DNA of 64,000 bases from the sequence record NC_055708.1. One strand, given 5' to 3'. Source of the stretch: Enterobacteria phage ATK47. Position numbers and translations under genes: made by a program. A model generated the notes under the pieces. The model worked only from the letters and a program-made list of their open reading frames with translations, searched no databases and was not told where the DNA came from. Of this stretch, positions 48,731-58,043 are shown piece after piece (the stretch's first letter is position 1; every line of letters starts with the position of its first letter).

Positions 48731-50416
48731 ATGAAAAAAGCTGTTATTCTTGGTGCTGGACTGGCAACTCGTTTGTATCCAATAACGCATCATATTCCTA
48801 AGGTGCTTGTTAACTATAAACAAGACACTATTCTGAGCAATTTGTATACAATTTATTCTGACCTTGGCGCAGATGAAATTATTGTAGTAGTTCATTCAAA
48901 ATTTGCTGAAACTGTTCGAGCTTATTGCGAGCAAGAAGGGTTCAATGCGACTATTCGTACAGTTGATGAAGCGTATGGTTCTGCTTATGCTCTTGCTAAA
49001 TTATACAAAGATTTAGATGGCCATAATGTAATTGTTAACTGGTGTGATATTATTCCTGATTTTGGTTCATGGTCTTGGAATGTTAACGCAATCTATGTTA
49101 AGGGTGATGAATGTCGATATAATTTCGATGGTGAAAATATCACTAACGTAGGTTCAACAGGCGGTAATGTTGTAGGAATTTATCAGTTCAAAGACTGGGA
49201 ATTCTACATGGGTTCTACTGATGAGGAAATTCACGAATACTGCAAAGGACGTGATTTCGTAGAATTCCTTTACGGCAGTGCATTCAATAAATCAGAGCTT
49301 ATGAATCTAATTGATTTAGGTGATATGCCTAAACTTGAAAAAGCTCATGAAGTTCGTGAACTTAATCGTAGTTTTAATGCAGTTGAAATTGGCGAAGAAA
49401 CTGTAACTAAATTCGCGTTAACCGAACAAGGTCGAGCTCTTCAGAAAGATGAGATTTCATGGTATTTGAAAGTGAAATCAGATTCAGTCCCTCAGTTAGT
49501 TTCTGTTAATGAAAATAACTTTGAAATGGAACGTATTAAAGGTAAGCCGGCATTTGAATATATTAAATCCAAATCAAGTCTTGCTCGTCCACAAATTGTT
49601 GATGCAATTTTAGATGCACTGAAATTCAGCACAGACACTTATTTTGTAAGTCCTGAAACTGTTCGCCGTGATTTCACTAAAGAGTTCTATACGAAAGTTA
49701 TTGATCGTTGTGAAAGCATTCAGCCATTGATTGATTCATTTGGTAAAATCACACACGTGAACTACACTAAGATTGGACGTCTGAAGCCAATGTTGAAACA
49801 AGCTTTAGAACATCTTATTCGTTATCATAACCGTTCTCAGGGACAGTACTCTGTTATTCACGGTGATCCGAACTTCAGTAATACTATGATTACTGATAAC
49901 GGCGAAGTCAAGTTTATCGACCCTCGTGGATATTTTGGTGAAACCAAGATTTACGGACCAAAATTGTATGATGAAGCTAAAGTGCTTTATGCTGTTTCAG
50001 GTTATGATGAATTCAACGCTAATCCGACCTGGGGCCAGTTTATTATTGATGAAACAACTTGTAATGTGACTATTAACATCAATCCATTAGTTTACAAATA
50101 TGGAAAGATGAGTTCGTTTAACGAGTATCATCATTTGGCAGTAGCAATTATCTGGATTGCATTAGGTGGTTATTTCAAGAATAATCCACTTAAAGCGGTA
50201 GCCGCATATTATAAAGGTATGGAACTTCTGACTAAGCAATTACGTAACATGGGCCGTGTACTTCAAGATGGCTCTATTAGTTATGACGTAGCAGAACCTG
50301 TAACGGCTACTCTGATTACAAAAAATCCTGGTAAATGGGTACTAACTGATAAAGAAACTGGTGTTTCCTATCGTCCAATCGGTGGCGATATCACTCATCA
50401 ATGGGAACGAATCTAA
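48731..50416 (+). CDS. bifunctional sugar-1-phosphate nucleotidyltransferase (N-terminal) / anomeric sugar kinase (C-terminal)
   Basis: N-terminal AVILGAGLATRL as in LicC/RmlA-type nucleotidyltransferases; C-terminal HGDPNFSNTMI...FIDPRG as in choline/aminoglycoside/AmgK kinases. Confidence 0.7.
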   Translation: MKKAVILGAGLATRLYPITHHIPKVLVNYKQDTILSNLYTIYSDLGADEIIVVVHSKFAETVRAYCEQEGFNATIRTVDEAYGSAYALAKLYKDLDGHNVIVNWCDIIPDFGSWSWNVNAIYVKGDECRYNFDGENITNVGSTGGNVVGIYQFKDWEFYMGSTDEEIHEYCKGRDFVEFLYGSAFNKSELMNLIDLGDMPKLEKAHEVRELNRSFNAVEIGEETVTKFALTEQGRALQKDEISWYLKVKSDSVPQLVSVNENNFEMERIKGKPAFEYIKSKSSLARPQIVDAILDALKFSTDTYFVSPETVRRDFTKEFYTKVIDRCESIQPLIDSFGKITHVNYTKIGRLKPMLKQALEHLIRYHNRSQGQYSVIHGDPNFSNTMITDNGEVKFIDPRGYFGETKIYGPKLYDEAKVLYAVSGYDEFNANPTWGQFIIDETTCNVTININPLVYKYGKMSSFNEYHHLAVAIIWIALGGYFKNNPLKAVAAYYKGMELLTKQLRNMGRVLQDGSISYDVAEPVTATLITKNPGKWVLTDKETGVSYRPIGGDITHQWERI

Positions 50417-50802
50417 TGCACCGTGTAGAAAACATGCTTAATCTTTGTTTTGATGTCGATGATTGTATAACAGAGTGGAATAACAATCGTGATTATGTGA
50501 ACTTCAAACCAGACGTCGAAATGGTGACCGCCATTAATGCCCTGTATGATGCAGGGCATACCATAACGCTTTACACTGCTCGTGGTATGAAGTCGGTAGG
50601 TCCTGGTCGTATAGCAATTGACATTCTCCCAAGTCTGATTCAGAACTTGGAAAACATTGGTTTGAAGTACCATAATTTGCTAACACATAAACCAGTATAT
50701 GATTGGATTATCGACGACAAAGCTATGCGTCCTGACGAATTCAAAGCTCTTATGAATAAAGGCGAATTCGAAACATTTAAATCGTATAAACCGAATCTAT
50801 AA
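50416..50802 (+). CDS. HAD-superfamily phosphatase
   Basis: motif I FDVDDCIT; small cap-less HAD architecture; TAATG overlap with upstream gene. Confidence 0.55.
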   Translation: MHRVENMLNLCFDVDDCITEWNNNRDYVNFKPDVEMVTAINALYDAGHTITLYTARGMKSVGPGRIAIDILPSLIQNLENIGLKYHNLLTHKPVYDWIIDDKAMRPDEFKALMNKGEFETFKSYKPNL

Positions 50803-50853
50803 TAATTTAAGTAAGACCTGCAAAAAAAAACCCATCGCATCAATTAACGCGAG

Positions 50854-52023
50854 ATGCAAAAAATGAATACTTTTAAAATCGGAACGAATTTTGATTTAGC
50901 TCTTCTTGATAAAATCGTAGAGCTCAATAAAACTTATCCTAATAGCTTGATAAATGAAGTATACGGCTCTACAAGAGAAATGGCTTTTGTAGCAGCCAGA
51001 CCTGATTTTAGGCTTCCTGACGTTGACAAAAAGATGTTAGAAGACTACGTTAAACGTTGTAACGAATTAGGTATTTGCTTTAACTATACACTCAACACGA
51101 TAAATCCTGGTTCAAAAAGAGAACTAGTTGAGTGGAAGAAGAAAGCTATTCAGGATTATGTTCAGTATCTTTGGTCAATAGGCGTATGGCGTATTACTAT
51201 CGCTAACCCTGTTGTTATGGAAATTGTTCGTGAAGTCAATAAAGACATTGAGATTGAAGTTTCAACAATTCTACATGTTGATGCTGTAACTCAAATCAAA
51301 TACTTGCACGACCAATATAACATCAAAAAAGTCTGTTGCGGAATTCATAAGAACCGTTCAGTTTCTTTCCTGAAGCGTGCAGCAGAGTTTTGCAATAAGA
51401 ACAATATAATATTTGAAGTTCTTGTAAATGAGTTCTGTTCTAATGCTGGTAAAGGGTATACAACACATTGTAGCTATCGTGACTCTTGCTATATTTTCCA
51501 TAGTACTGATGTTACCGCTGATGATGCTAAATCCTTAAATGGATATCCTATGCAGCACTGTATTAAAGCTCGTGATACAGACCCATTTAACTGGCTGAGA
51601 ACTCGTTTTGTTCGTCCTCAAGATTTGAAACTTTATAATGATATTGGTATCACTCAATTCAAAGTTTCAGGACGTACAGGTAGCACAGACTACATTTTGA
51701 AAGTTCTTGAAGCATACGCTTCTGAAAAGTTTGAAGGTAATTTGTTAGAACTGTGGAAGCCTTTAGAGACTATTTTCACTCTTGAAAATGAGACTGAGTT
51801 TTCACATACAGTAAATATTGAAACCTCATTGTTAGACGGTTTTTTAGAAAAAAGGTGGTTCAGACATCCAGATTTCGATTGTGCTAATGAAATCTGCGGG
51901 ACGACGTGTACATATTGTGAAAGATATTATAAACGTCAGTTATCTAAAAATGGGTTATCAGAAAACTCTATATCTATTATTGATATAACTAACTCTGATG
52001 ACGCTTTGAGGTACCCGGAATGA
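50854..52023 (+). CDS. hypothetical protein, Cys-rich C-terminus (candidate sugar-modifying or transferase enzyme)
   Basis: 389 aa ORF inside the island; CANEICGTTCTYC cluster; function not recognisable. Confidence 0.45.
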   Translation: MQKMNTFKIGTNFDLALLDKIVELNKTYPNSLINEVYGSTREMAFVAARPDFRLPDVDKKMLEDYVKRCNELGICFNYTLNTINPGSKRELVEWKKKAIQDYVQYLWSIGVWRITIANPVVMEIVREVNKDIEIEVSTILHVDAVTQIKYLHDQYNIKKVCCGIHKNRSVSFLKRAAEFCNKNNIIFEVLVNEFCSNAGKGYTTHCSYRDSCYIFHSTDVTADDAKSLNGYPMQHCIKARDTDPFNWLRTRFVRPQDLKLYNDIGITQFKVSGRTGSTDYILKVLEAYASEKFEGNLLELWKPLETIFTLENETEFSHTVNIETSLLDGFLEKRWFRHPDFDCANEICGTTCTYCERYYKRQLSKNGLSENSISIIDITNSDDALRYPE

Positions 52024-52259
52024 TTTCTAGAAAAACTTTTAACCACCAACTTAATGAAGAGATTTTGACTATAAAACTGAACACTAACGAACAAATTCTT
52101 AAAAAGGCCCTTATGGGCCTGTTTGAAACCAAAGCGGCTAAAGTGATTAAAGAACCTGTTCAATTGGAATACTACACTGATGCATTCCTTCATAGTGTTC
52201 TTGGAAGTATAGATTCTGAAGCTTTACGTTATATCAACATTGCCAAGAAATTCAAATAA
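52020..52259 (+). CDS. hypothetical protein
   Basis: 79 aa ORF, ATGA overlap. Confidence 0.4.
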   Translation: MISRKTFNHQLNEEILTIKLNTNEQILKKALMGLFETKAAKVIKEPVQLEYYTDAFLHSVLGSIDSEALRYINIAKKFK

Positions 52260-52301
52260 GCTTTACGAATTGAGTATATAATAAATTGTATTGAGGTAAA
52301 C

Positions 52302-53018
52302 ATGGGAAAACATAACACAATGAAATATATCAAAGCCGCAGATTTTCAAGCCGCATTTAAAGCAGTCAATCGTGAAATTTTAGAAAATCCTGAATTCGTA
52401 ACTGATTCTCGTATTGGACGTTGTAATGAAATCGGGTCCATGACAGTAGTTGTTGACAATCCATCATCATTCAAAATGACCGACCCACGTATTAACCGCA
52501 TCTCTTATGAATATGCCGAAGACTTCTGGAAGTTTATGATTTCTGGTGGTACTGATGCAGAAGAAGCGTTTAAGGCATATCCTAATGTCGCTAAATTTAT
52601 TTCTAAACCTAAATCAGACGCTTTGCCGGCGAACTTCAACACTTTCTATGGTCCTCGCATTGCGGCCCAATTACCAGCTCTTCTAAAAGAACTTAAAGAG
52701 AAACCTAACTCTCGAAGAGTTGTGTTCCAAATTCTAGAAAGTTCTGATCAGGCTTTGCTTGATTCGGACGAAACACTTGAATATCCATGTACTGACTCAG
52801 TGACTTATTATATTCGCGATGGTAAGCTTTATACCCACTGTCATATGCGTTCTCAGAACTGTGCTGTTGTTATGCAGTTGGATTTTTATCTCCAAGGAAA
52901 ATTACTTCATTATATCGCTAACGAATGCGGCGTAGAAGTTGGTGATTATACTCATACCATGGTAAGTGCCCATGTGTTTGAACGTGATTTTGATTATGTT
53001 AAAGGATTCCTTGACTAA
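52302..53018 (+). CDS. thymidylate-synthase-family deoxypyrimidylate hydroxymethylase (gp42-like, divergent)
   Basis: KPNSRRVVF, nucleophile motif YPCTDSVTYYIRD, MRSQN...QLDFY align to remembered T4 dCMP hydroxymethylase NPDSRR / MCTNTVQYLIRD / MRSND...RNDY. Confidence 0.7.
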   Translation: MGKHNTMKYIKAADFQAAFKAVNREILENPEFVTDSRIGRCNEIGSMTVVVDNPSSFKMTDPRINRISYEYAEDFWKFMISGGTDAEEAFKAYPNVAKFISKPKSDALPANFNTFYGPRIAAQLPALLKELKEKPNSRRVVFQILESSDQALLDSDETLEYPCTDSVTYYIRDGKLYTHCHMRSQNCAVVMQLDFYLQGKLLHYIANECGVEVGDYTHTMVSAHVFERDFDYVKGFLD

Positions 53019-53917
53019 TGGCTATTTTCCGCGTACCAATCTTGAGTATGCGGTCTTATGAAACTGGACAGTATGCTATCCTTAAGGATGGCAACTTCCA
53101 ACTTCATTTGCACCGTGCTAATCCAGGTGATGTGATTACATATCCACGTAATGCATCTGATATTAAAGAATGTGAACGTCTTTTCCCGGAATTTAAGTTT
53201 GTTCCATTATGGTATAAAGATAACGCGTATAACACTCGTAAATATTTCTGGTCTGAAAATGAATTTGTGGTTGATTCATTAATTGCTTATTATGATTGTG
53301 ATTTTCTAATAACAGATATCACTGGATATGACGGCGCTTTTGATGTAGAATTCAATTTCAATATCACTGCAGACCCTAATAAACCACGTTTTTATATTGA
53401 TGAATTCTTAAAAACCGATATGTTGTCGGTTAATCGTTCACTTCAAACTACTGTGTTGAATGAACGTCAAAAAGAAGTGCTGGTTAACGCCGGTGCAGAT
53501 GGTAATAAGATTATCGTAACGCAGAAAGTTATACGTCCTTCCATCATGCAGCGTCTTGTAGGTGATTTGGCTCCTATTCATGTAGATGGTATTTTTCATC
53601 CATTTCGAATTAGTGATCCGTGTTATCATTTTGAACAAGTGGTTGAATGTGCAATTCAATTAGGTCAACCGCTTTATATAACTGATCCAAATAATAGCTT
53701 TGACAGAAATAAGTATCCTGAAGAAGCGCTGATTCGAATTTTTAAACCAACTAAAACTGAGTACTATCAAATTCTTAAAGGACGTCCGAAGATTCAATAT
53801 TTCGAAAATCCTGAAGAAGTATTCCATCCAGGTCTTGGTGAGTTCATCTACTTTAATGCTTTAATTTCTTCGCCGTATAATATACCTAAATACGAAGATG
53901 TCGTAATCGAGGAATAA
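53018..53917 (+). CDS. hypothetical protein at T4 beta-gt position (candidate DNA glycosyltransferase)
   Basis: 299 aa ORF, position only; no motif recognised. Confidence 0.4.
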   Translation: MAIFRVPILSMRSYETGQYAILKDGNFQLHLHRANPGDVITYPRNASDIKECERLFPEFKFVPLWYKDNAYNTRKYFWSENEFVVDSLIAYYDCDFLITDITGYDGAFDVEFNFNITADPNKPRFYIDEFLKTDMLSVNRSLQTTVLNERQKEVLVNAGADGNKIIVTQKVIRPSIMQRLVGDLAPIHVDGIFHPFRISDPCYHFEQVVECAIQLGQPLYITDPNNSFDRNKYPEEALIRIFKPTKTEYYQILKGRPKIQYFENPEEVFHPGLGEFIYFNALISSPYNIPKYEDVVIEE

Positions 53918-53918
53918 A

Positions 53919-54467
53919 ATGGCTAAAATTATTTTAGTAGATGGCCCAGATAATGCTGGTAAAACAACTTTCATTAATGACATAATGGAAATTAGTGAAA
54001 GATATGTAAAGATTGATTTCCCTAAACGAACAGTTGATGGACGTTTCGATGTTAAGTCTCGAAATGAAGTTGGCTGTTTCGAAACGATGTTGAATTATTT
54101 AGACCCTACTAAGATTTATCTGTTAGACCGTGGATATATTAGTAACTGGGTTTATGGACGTATTCGACAAGATGCGGACTCGGTTCTTGACGTTTATGAA
54201 CAGGACTATGTTCGTCTTTGCCAAAACCATGATGTGTTCACAATTATTTTAACACGTAACGAAATGACTGAAAGTTTTGAAGACGACCTTATTACTTTGT
54301 CTTCATTCGGTTTTAATACAGTCATTTCACATTTTGAAGAGTTTGCAATTCATAACAAAATCCAAACGTATCAATTACTTAATCATGATGGTGCTAACAA
54401 AGTTATAGGATTTAATGCAAGCGAACGTAATTATTTGATTACAGAAATTATCAAATGGGCTCGTTAA
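53919..54467 (+). CDS. thymidylate-kinase-like P-loop nucleotide kinase
   Basis: P-loop VDGPDNAGKTT and LDRGYISNWVYG (DRY-type motif) resemble dTMP kinase family. Confidence 0.55.
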   Translation: MAKIILVDGPDNAGKTTFINDIMEISERYVKIDFPKRTVDGRFDVKSRNEVGCFETMLNYLDPTKIYLLDRGYISNWVYGRIRQDADSVLDVYEQDYVRLCQNHDVFTIILTRNEMTESFEDDLITLSSFGFNTVISHFEEFAIHNKIQTYQLLNHDGANKVIGFNASERNYLITEIIKWAR

Positions 54468-54565
54468 GAGCCATTTAAAGTTTTAAATGCTGTATAACCA
54501 TTAGTATATAATTGTCTTATCTTTTAAACATGAGTAAAATATAATGATGCCTATGGAAAAATACA

Positions 54566-55738
54566 ATGTCTGATTTAAAATCTCGTCTGATTAAAGCTTC
54601 TACTTCTAAAATGACTGCCGACTTGACCAAGTCTAAGCTCTTTAATAATCGTGATGAAGTCCCTACTCGTATTCCGATGTTGAATATTGCACTAGGTGGT
54701 GCTCTGAATGCAGGATTGCAATCAGGCTTGACTATTTTTGCTGCACCTTCTAAACACTTTAAAACATTGTTTGGGCTGACTATGGTTGCAGCGTATATGA
54801 AGAAATATAAAGATGCAATCTGTTTGTTTTATGACTCGGAATTTGGTGCTTCAGAATCTTATTTTCGTTCAATGGGTGTTGATTTAGACCGTGTAGTTCA
54901 CACACCAATTCAGTCCGTCGAACAACTTAAAGTTGATATGACTAATCAGCTTGACGCTATTGAACGCGGTGATAAAGTTATTATCTTTATCGATTCAATC
55001 GGTAATACTGCATCTAAGAAAGAAACCGAAGATGCATTGAACGAGAAAGTTGTAGGTGATATGTCTCGTGCTAAGGCACTTAAATCTCTGTTCCGTATTG
55101 TGACTCCTTATCTGACTATTAAAGATATTCCGTGTGTTGCAATCAACCATACAGCAATGGAAATCGGCGGACTATATCCTAAAGAGATTATGGGCGGTGG
55201 TACAGGTATTCTTTACTCTGCTAACACTGTATTCTTTATCTCTAAACGTCAGGTTAAAGAAGGTACAGAATTGACAGGTTATGACTTCACGTTGAAAGCA
55301 GAAAAATCTCGTACTGTTAAAGAAAAATCTACTTTCCCGATCACGGTTAATTTTGATGGCGGTATTGATCCATTCAGTGGCTTGTTAGAAATGGCAACTG
55401 AAATTGGATTTGTTGTTAAGCCTAAAGCTGGTTGGTATGCTCGTGAATTCCTTGACGAAGAAACAGGCGAAATGATTCGTGAAGAAAAATCATGGCGTGC
55501 TAAAGCTACTGATTGTGTAGAATTCTGGGGGCCGTTGTTTAAACACAAACCTTTCCGAGATGCAATTGAAACTAAATATAAACTAGGTGCTATCTCTTCT
55601 ATTAAAGAAGTTGATGACGCTGTTAACGACCTTATTAATTGCAAAGCAACAACTAAAGTTCCGGTTAAAGCTTCTGATGCTCCGTCTGCAGCAGATATAG
55701 AAAACGACCTTGACGAAATGGAAGATTTCGATGAATAA
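54566..55738 (+). CDS. uvsX: recombinase UvsX (RecA-like)
   Basis: 390 aa; MSDLKSRLIKAS...; Walker A FAAPSKHFKT; near-identical to remembered T4 UvsX. Confidence 0.95.
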   Translation: MSDLKSRLIKASTSKMTADLTKSKLFNNRDEVPTRIPMLNIALGGALNAGLQSGLTIFAAPSKHFKTLFGLTMVAAYMKKYKDAICLFYDSEFGASESYFRSMGVDLDRVVHTPIQSVEQLKVDMTNQLDAIERGDKVIIFIDSIGNTASKKETEDALNEKVVGDMSRAKALKSLFRIVTPYLTIKDIPCVAINHTAMEIGGLYPKEIMGGGTGILYSANTVFFISKRQVKEGTELTGYDFTLKAEKSRTVKEKSTFPITVNFDGGIDPFSGLLEMATEIGFVVKPKAGWYAREFLDEETGEMIREEKSWRAKATDCVEFWGPLFKHKPFRDAIETKYKLGAISSIKEVDDAVNDLINCKATTKVPVKASDAPSAADIENDLDEMEDFDE

Positions 55739-56072
55739 TCTTGATGATTTAAATCTAGAAATCGTTGATGAATCCCCTTCTTCGGAAGGGGAAGACATTC
55801 GCAAAGAACGAGTGTTTAATGAATCTCTTAAAATTATCCGTTCAGCAATGGAAAATGTCATTCAAGAGATTCTGATTACACTTGAAGACGGTTCTCATCA
55901 TATAGTCTATATTACAAAACTAGACTGGGTTGATGGTAAAATCGTAATGGACTTTGCAGTTCTTGACCAGGACAGAAAAGCAGAACTTGCACCGCATGTT
56001 GAAAAATGTGTTACAATGCAGGTACAACAAGCTTTTAATGAACGAACCAAGAAAAAATTTAAATTCTTTTAA
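55731..56072 (+). CDS. 40: gp40 head vertex assembly chaperone
   Basis: 113 aa ORF between uvsX and 41; synteny. Confidence 0.6.
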   Translation: MNNLDDLNLEIVDESPSSEGEDIRKERVFNESLKIIRSAMENVIQEILITLEDGSHHIVYITKLDWVDGKIVMDFAVLDQDRKAELAPHVEKCVTMQVQQAFNERTKKKFKFF

Positions 56073-56081
56073 GGAGTTATC

Positions 56082-57524
56082 GTGGTAGAAATTATTTTGT
56101 CTCATCTAGTATATGACCAGGCTTATTTTTCTAAGGTCTGGCCTTATATGGATTCTGAGTATTTTGAGCGTGGACCGGCAAAAAACGTCTTTAAAATTAT
56201 AAAGAACCACGTTAACGAATATAATGCAATGCCATCTATCAATGCATTAAAGGTGGCTTTAGATAACAGTTCTTTAACTGAAGCCGAATATAAAGGAACT
56301 TCAGACCTAATTGAAAAATTGGCTGACACTCCTGAAGACCACGAATGGTTGGTTAAAGAAACTGAGAAATATGTCCAGCAAAAAGCGATGTATAATGCTA
56401 CGTCCAAAATCATTGAGATTCAGACTAATGCTGAACTACCTCCAGAACAACGTAACAAGAAAATGCCTGACGTAGGAGCTATTCCTGATATTATGCGTCA
56501 AGCACTTTCAATTTCGTTTGATAGTTATGTTGGTCATGACTGGATGGAAGACTATGAAGCACGCTGGCTTTCTTATCTAAATAAAGCACGTAAGGTCCCG
56601 TTCAAATTAAACATTCTGAATAAAATCACCAAAGGTGGTGCAGAAACAGGTACACTGAACGTTTTAATGGCCGGTGTTAACGTTGGTAAATCTTTAGGCC
56701 TTTGTTCACTTGCTGCAGATTATCTTCAAACAGGACATAATGTTCTTTATATTTCCATGGAAATGGCTGAAGAAGTTTGTGCTAAGCGTATAGACGCAAA
56801 CATGCTTGACGTATCACTCGATGATATCGACGATGGTAACGTATCTTATGCTGAATATAAAGCCAAGATGGAAAAATGGCGTTCAAAAACAACATTAGGA
56901 CGTTTAGTAGTTAAACAGTATCCTACTGGTGGAGCTAATGCTAATACATTTCGTGCATTGCTTAATGAGTTAAAACTTAAGAAGAACTTTGTGCCATCTG
57001 TAATCATGGTTGATTACTTAGGTATTTGTGGGTCTTGTCGTATCAGAGTTTACACTGAAAATAGCTACACATTAGTTAAAGCTATCGCAGAAGAACTTCG
57101 TGCATTAGCAGTAGAATCTGAAACAGTTCTATGGACTGCAGCTCAAGTAGGACGTGCAGCCTGGGATGCTTCAGACATGAACATGAGTGATATCGCAGAA
57201 TCAGCAGGTTTACCAGCAACAGCAGATTTCATGTTGGCCGTAATTGAAACCGAAGAACTTGCACAAGCTGAACAACAACTTATCAAACAAATCAAATCAC
57301 GATACGGTGATAAGAATAAGTGGAATAAATTCCTGATGGGTGTACGTAAAGGCAATCAGAAATGGGTTGAGATTGAGCAAGAAGGCATGAACACACCTAA
57401 CACAGTAAATGAAAACGCAGGTGCTCAGATGCGTCAGGCAGAGGTGAATCGCACGGAACGCGTAGGTAAAGCCAAAGCAACACGTGCTGACCTAGATAGC
57501 TTAGCCAATGAGTTAAAATTTTAA
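56082..57524 (+). CDS. 41: replicative DNA helicase gp41 (DnaB-like), GTG start
   Basis: MVEIILSHL...; Walker A GVNVGKSLG; near-identical to remembered T4 gp41. Confidence 0.95.
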   Translation: MVEIILSHLVYDQAYFSKVWPYMDSEYFERGPAKNVFKIIKNHVNEYNAMPSINALKVALDNSSLTEAEYKGTSDLIEKLADTPEDHEWLVKETEKYVQQKAMYNATSKIIEIQTNAELPPEQRNKKMPDVGAIPDIMRQALSISFDSYVGHDWMEDYEARWLSYLNKARKVPFKLNILNKITKGGAETGTLNVLMAGVNVGKSLGLCSLAADYLQTGHNVLYISMEMAEEVCAKRIDANMLDVSLDDIDDGNVSYAEYKAKMEKWRSKTTLGRLVVKQYPTGGANANTFRALLNELKLKKNFVPSVIMVDYLGICGSCRIRVYTENSYTLVKAIAEELRALAVESETVLWTAAQVGRAAWDASDMNMSDIAESAGLPATADFMLAVIETEELAQAEQQLIKQIKSRYGDKNKWNKFLMGVRKGNQKWVEIEQEGMNTPNTVNENAGAQMRQAEVNRTERVGKAKATRADLDSLANELKF

Positions 57525-57531
57525 TAAAAAA

Positions 57532-57550
57532 GGAGACTTCGGTCTCCTTT
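57532..57550 (+). terminator. rho-independent terminator (ggagac ttcg gtctcc TTT)
   Basis: UUCG hairpin after gene 41. Confidence 0.6.
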
Positions 57551-57554
57551 CGGG

Positions 57555-57590
57555 GTTTACATCTTCCTCTAGGCATGATATGATGTACTT
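57555..57590 (+). promoter_or_regulatory. early promoter (GTTTACA, TATGAT)
   Basis: consensus elements. Confidence 0.45.
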
Positions 57591-57613
57591 ACACCAACCA
57601 AGAGGAAAACATT

Positions 57614-57988
57614 ATGAATATGTCTCAAGCAATTTTTACTGCAATCACCGAAAACACAACTGTTGAAGTAGTTTCTCCGCTGGCAACCTACGTTATTCTT
57701 GCTCCTAAATCTATTGTATCTCGTATGGAAAACATGGGCAAACGTATCGTACAAATCGTTGGAGCCGGAAATCAAAAACTTGATTATCTGCGAACCATCA
57801 AAGCTTATGAACATTTCCAACTCGAAAAAGGTTCTCCTATCCAGGTAGAACTCGTAAATGGTGATATCGTTCGAGCAATGTTCCATCATTTCTATGCATT
57901 GAATGACCCATCTAAAGCGGTTCGTTTAATTGCATACGACGCAAACCAAAACGAAATCAACGCAGATATATCTAAATTACGTTTTTAA
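57614..57988 (+). CDS. hypothetical protein
   Basis: 124 aa ORF with SD AAGAGGAAAA. Confidence 0.45.
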   Translation: MNMSQAIFTAITENTTVEVVSPLATYVILAPKSIVSRMENMGKRIVQIVGAGNQKLDYLRTIKAYEHFQLEKGSPIQVELVNGDIVRAMFHHFYALNDPSKAVRLIAYDANQNEINADISKLRF

Positions 57989-58038
57989 GTTTACTTCTCC
58001 AGTAGTTGTGTTATTATAGACCTATCAACTACTGGAGA
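57989..58038 (+). promoter_or_regulatory. early promoter with 10 bp palindrome ccagtagttg/caactactgg
   Basis: GTTTAC, TATTAT. Confidence 0.5.
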
Positions 58039-58043
58039 ACAAA

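Noticed and set aside
48731-50416. C-terminal HGD...N...D domain as a eukaryotic-like Ser/Thr protein kinase
   Set aside because: Fusion to a sugar-phosphate nucleotidyltransferase and placement in a sugar-metabolism island make a small-molecule (sugar) kinase far more likely
50854-52023. Assignment of the 389 aa Cys-rich protein to the peptidase U32 (UbiU/RlhA-type hydroxylase) family
   Set aside because: The ExFxxG[SA]xC...GxC signature does not align convincingly; left as unknown
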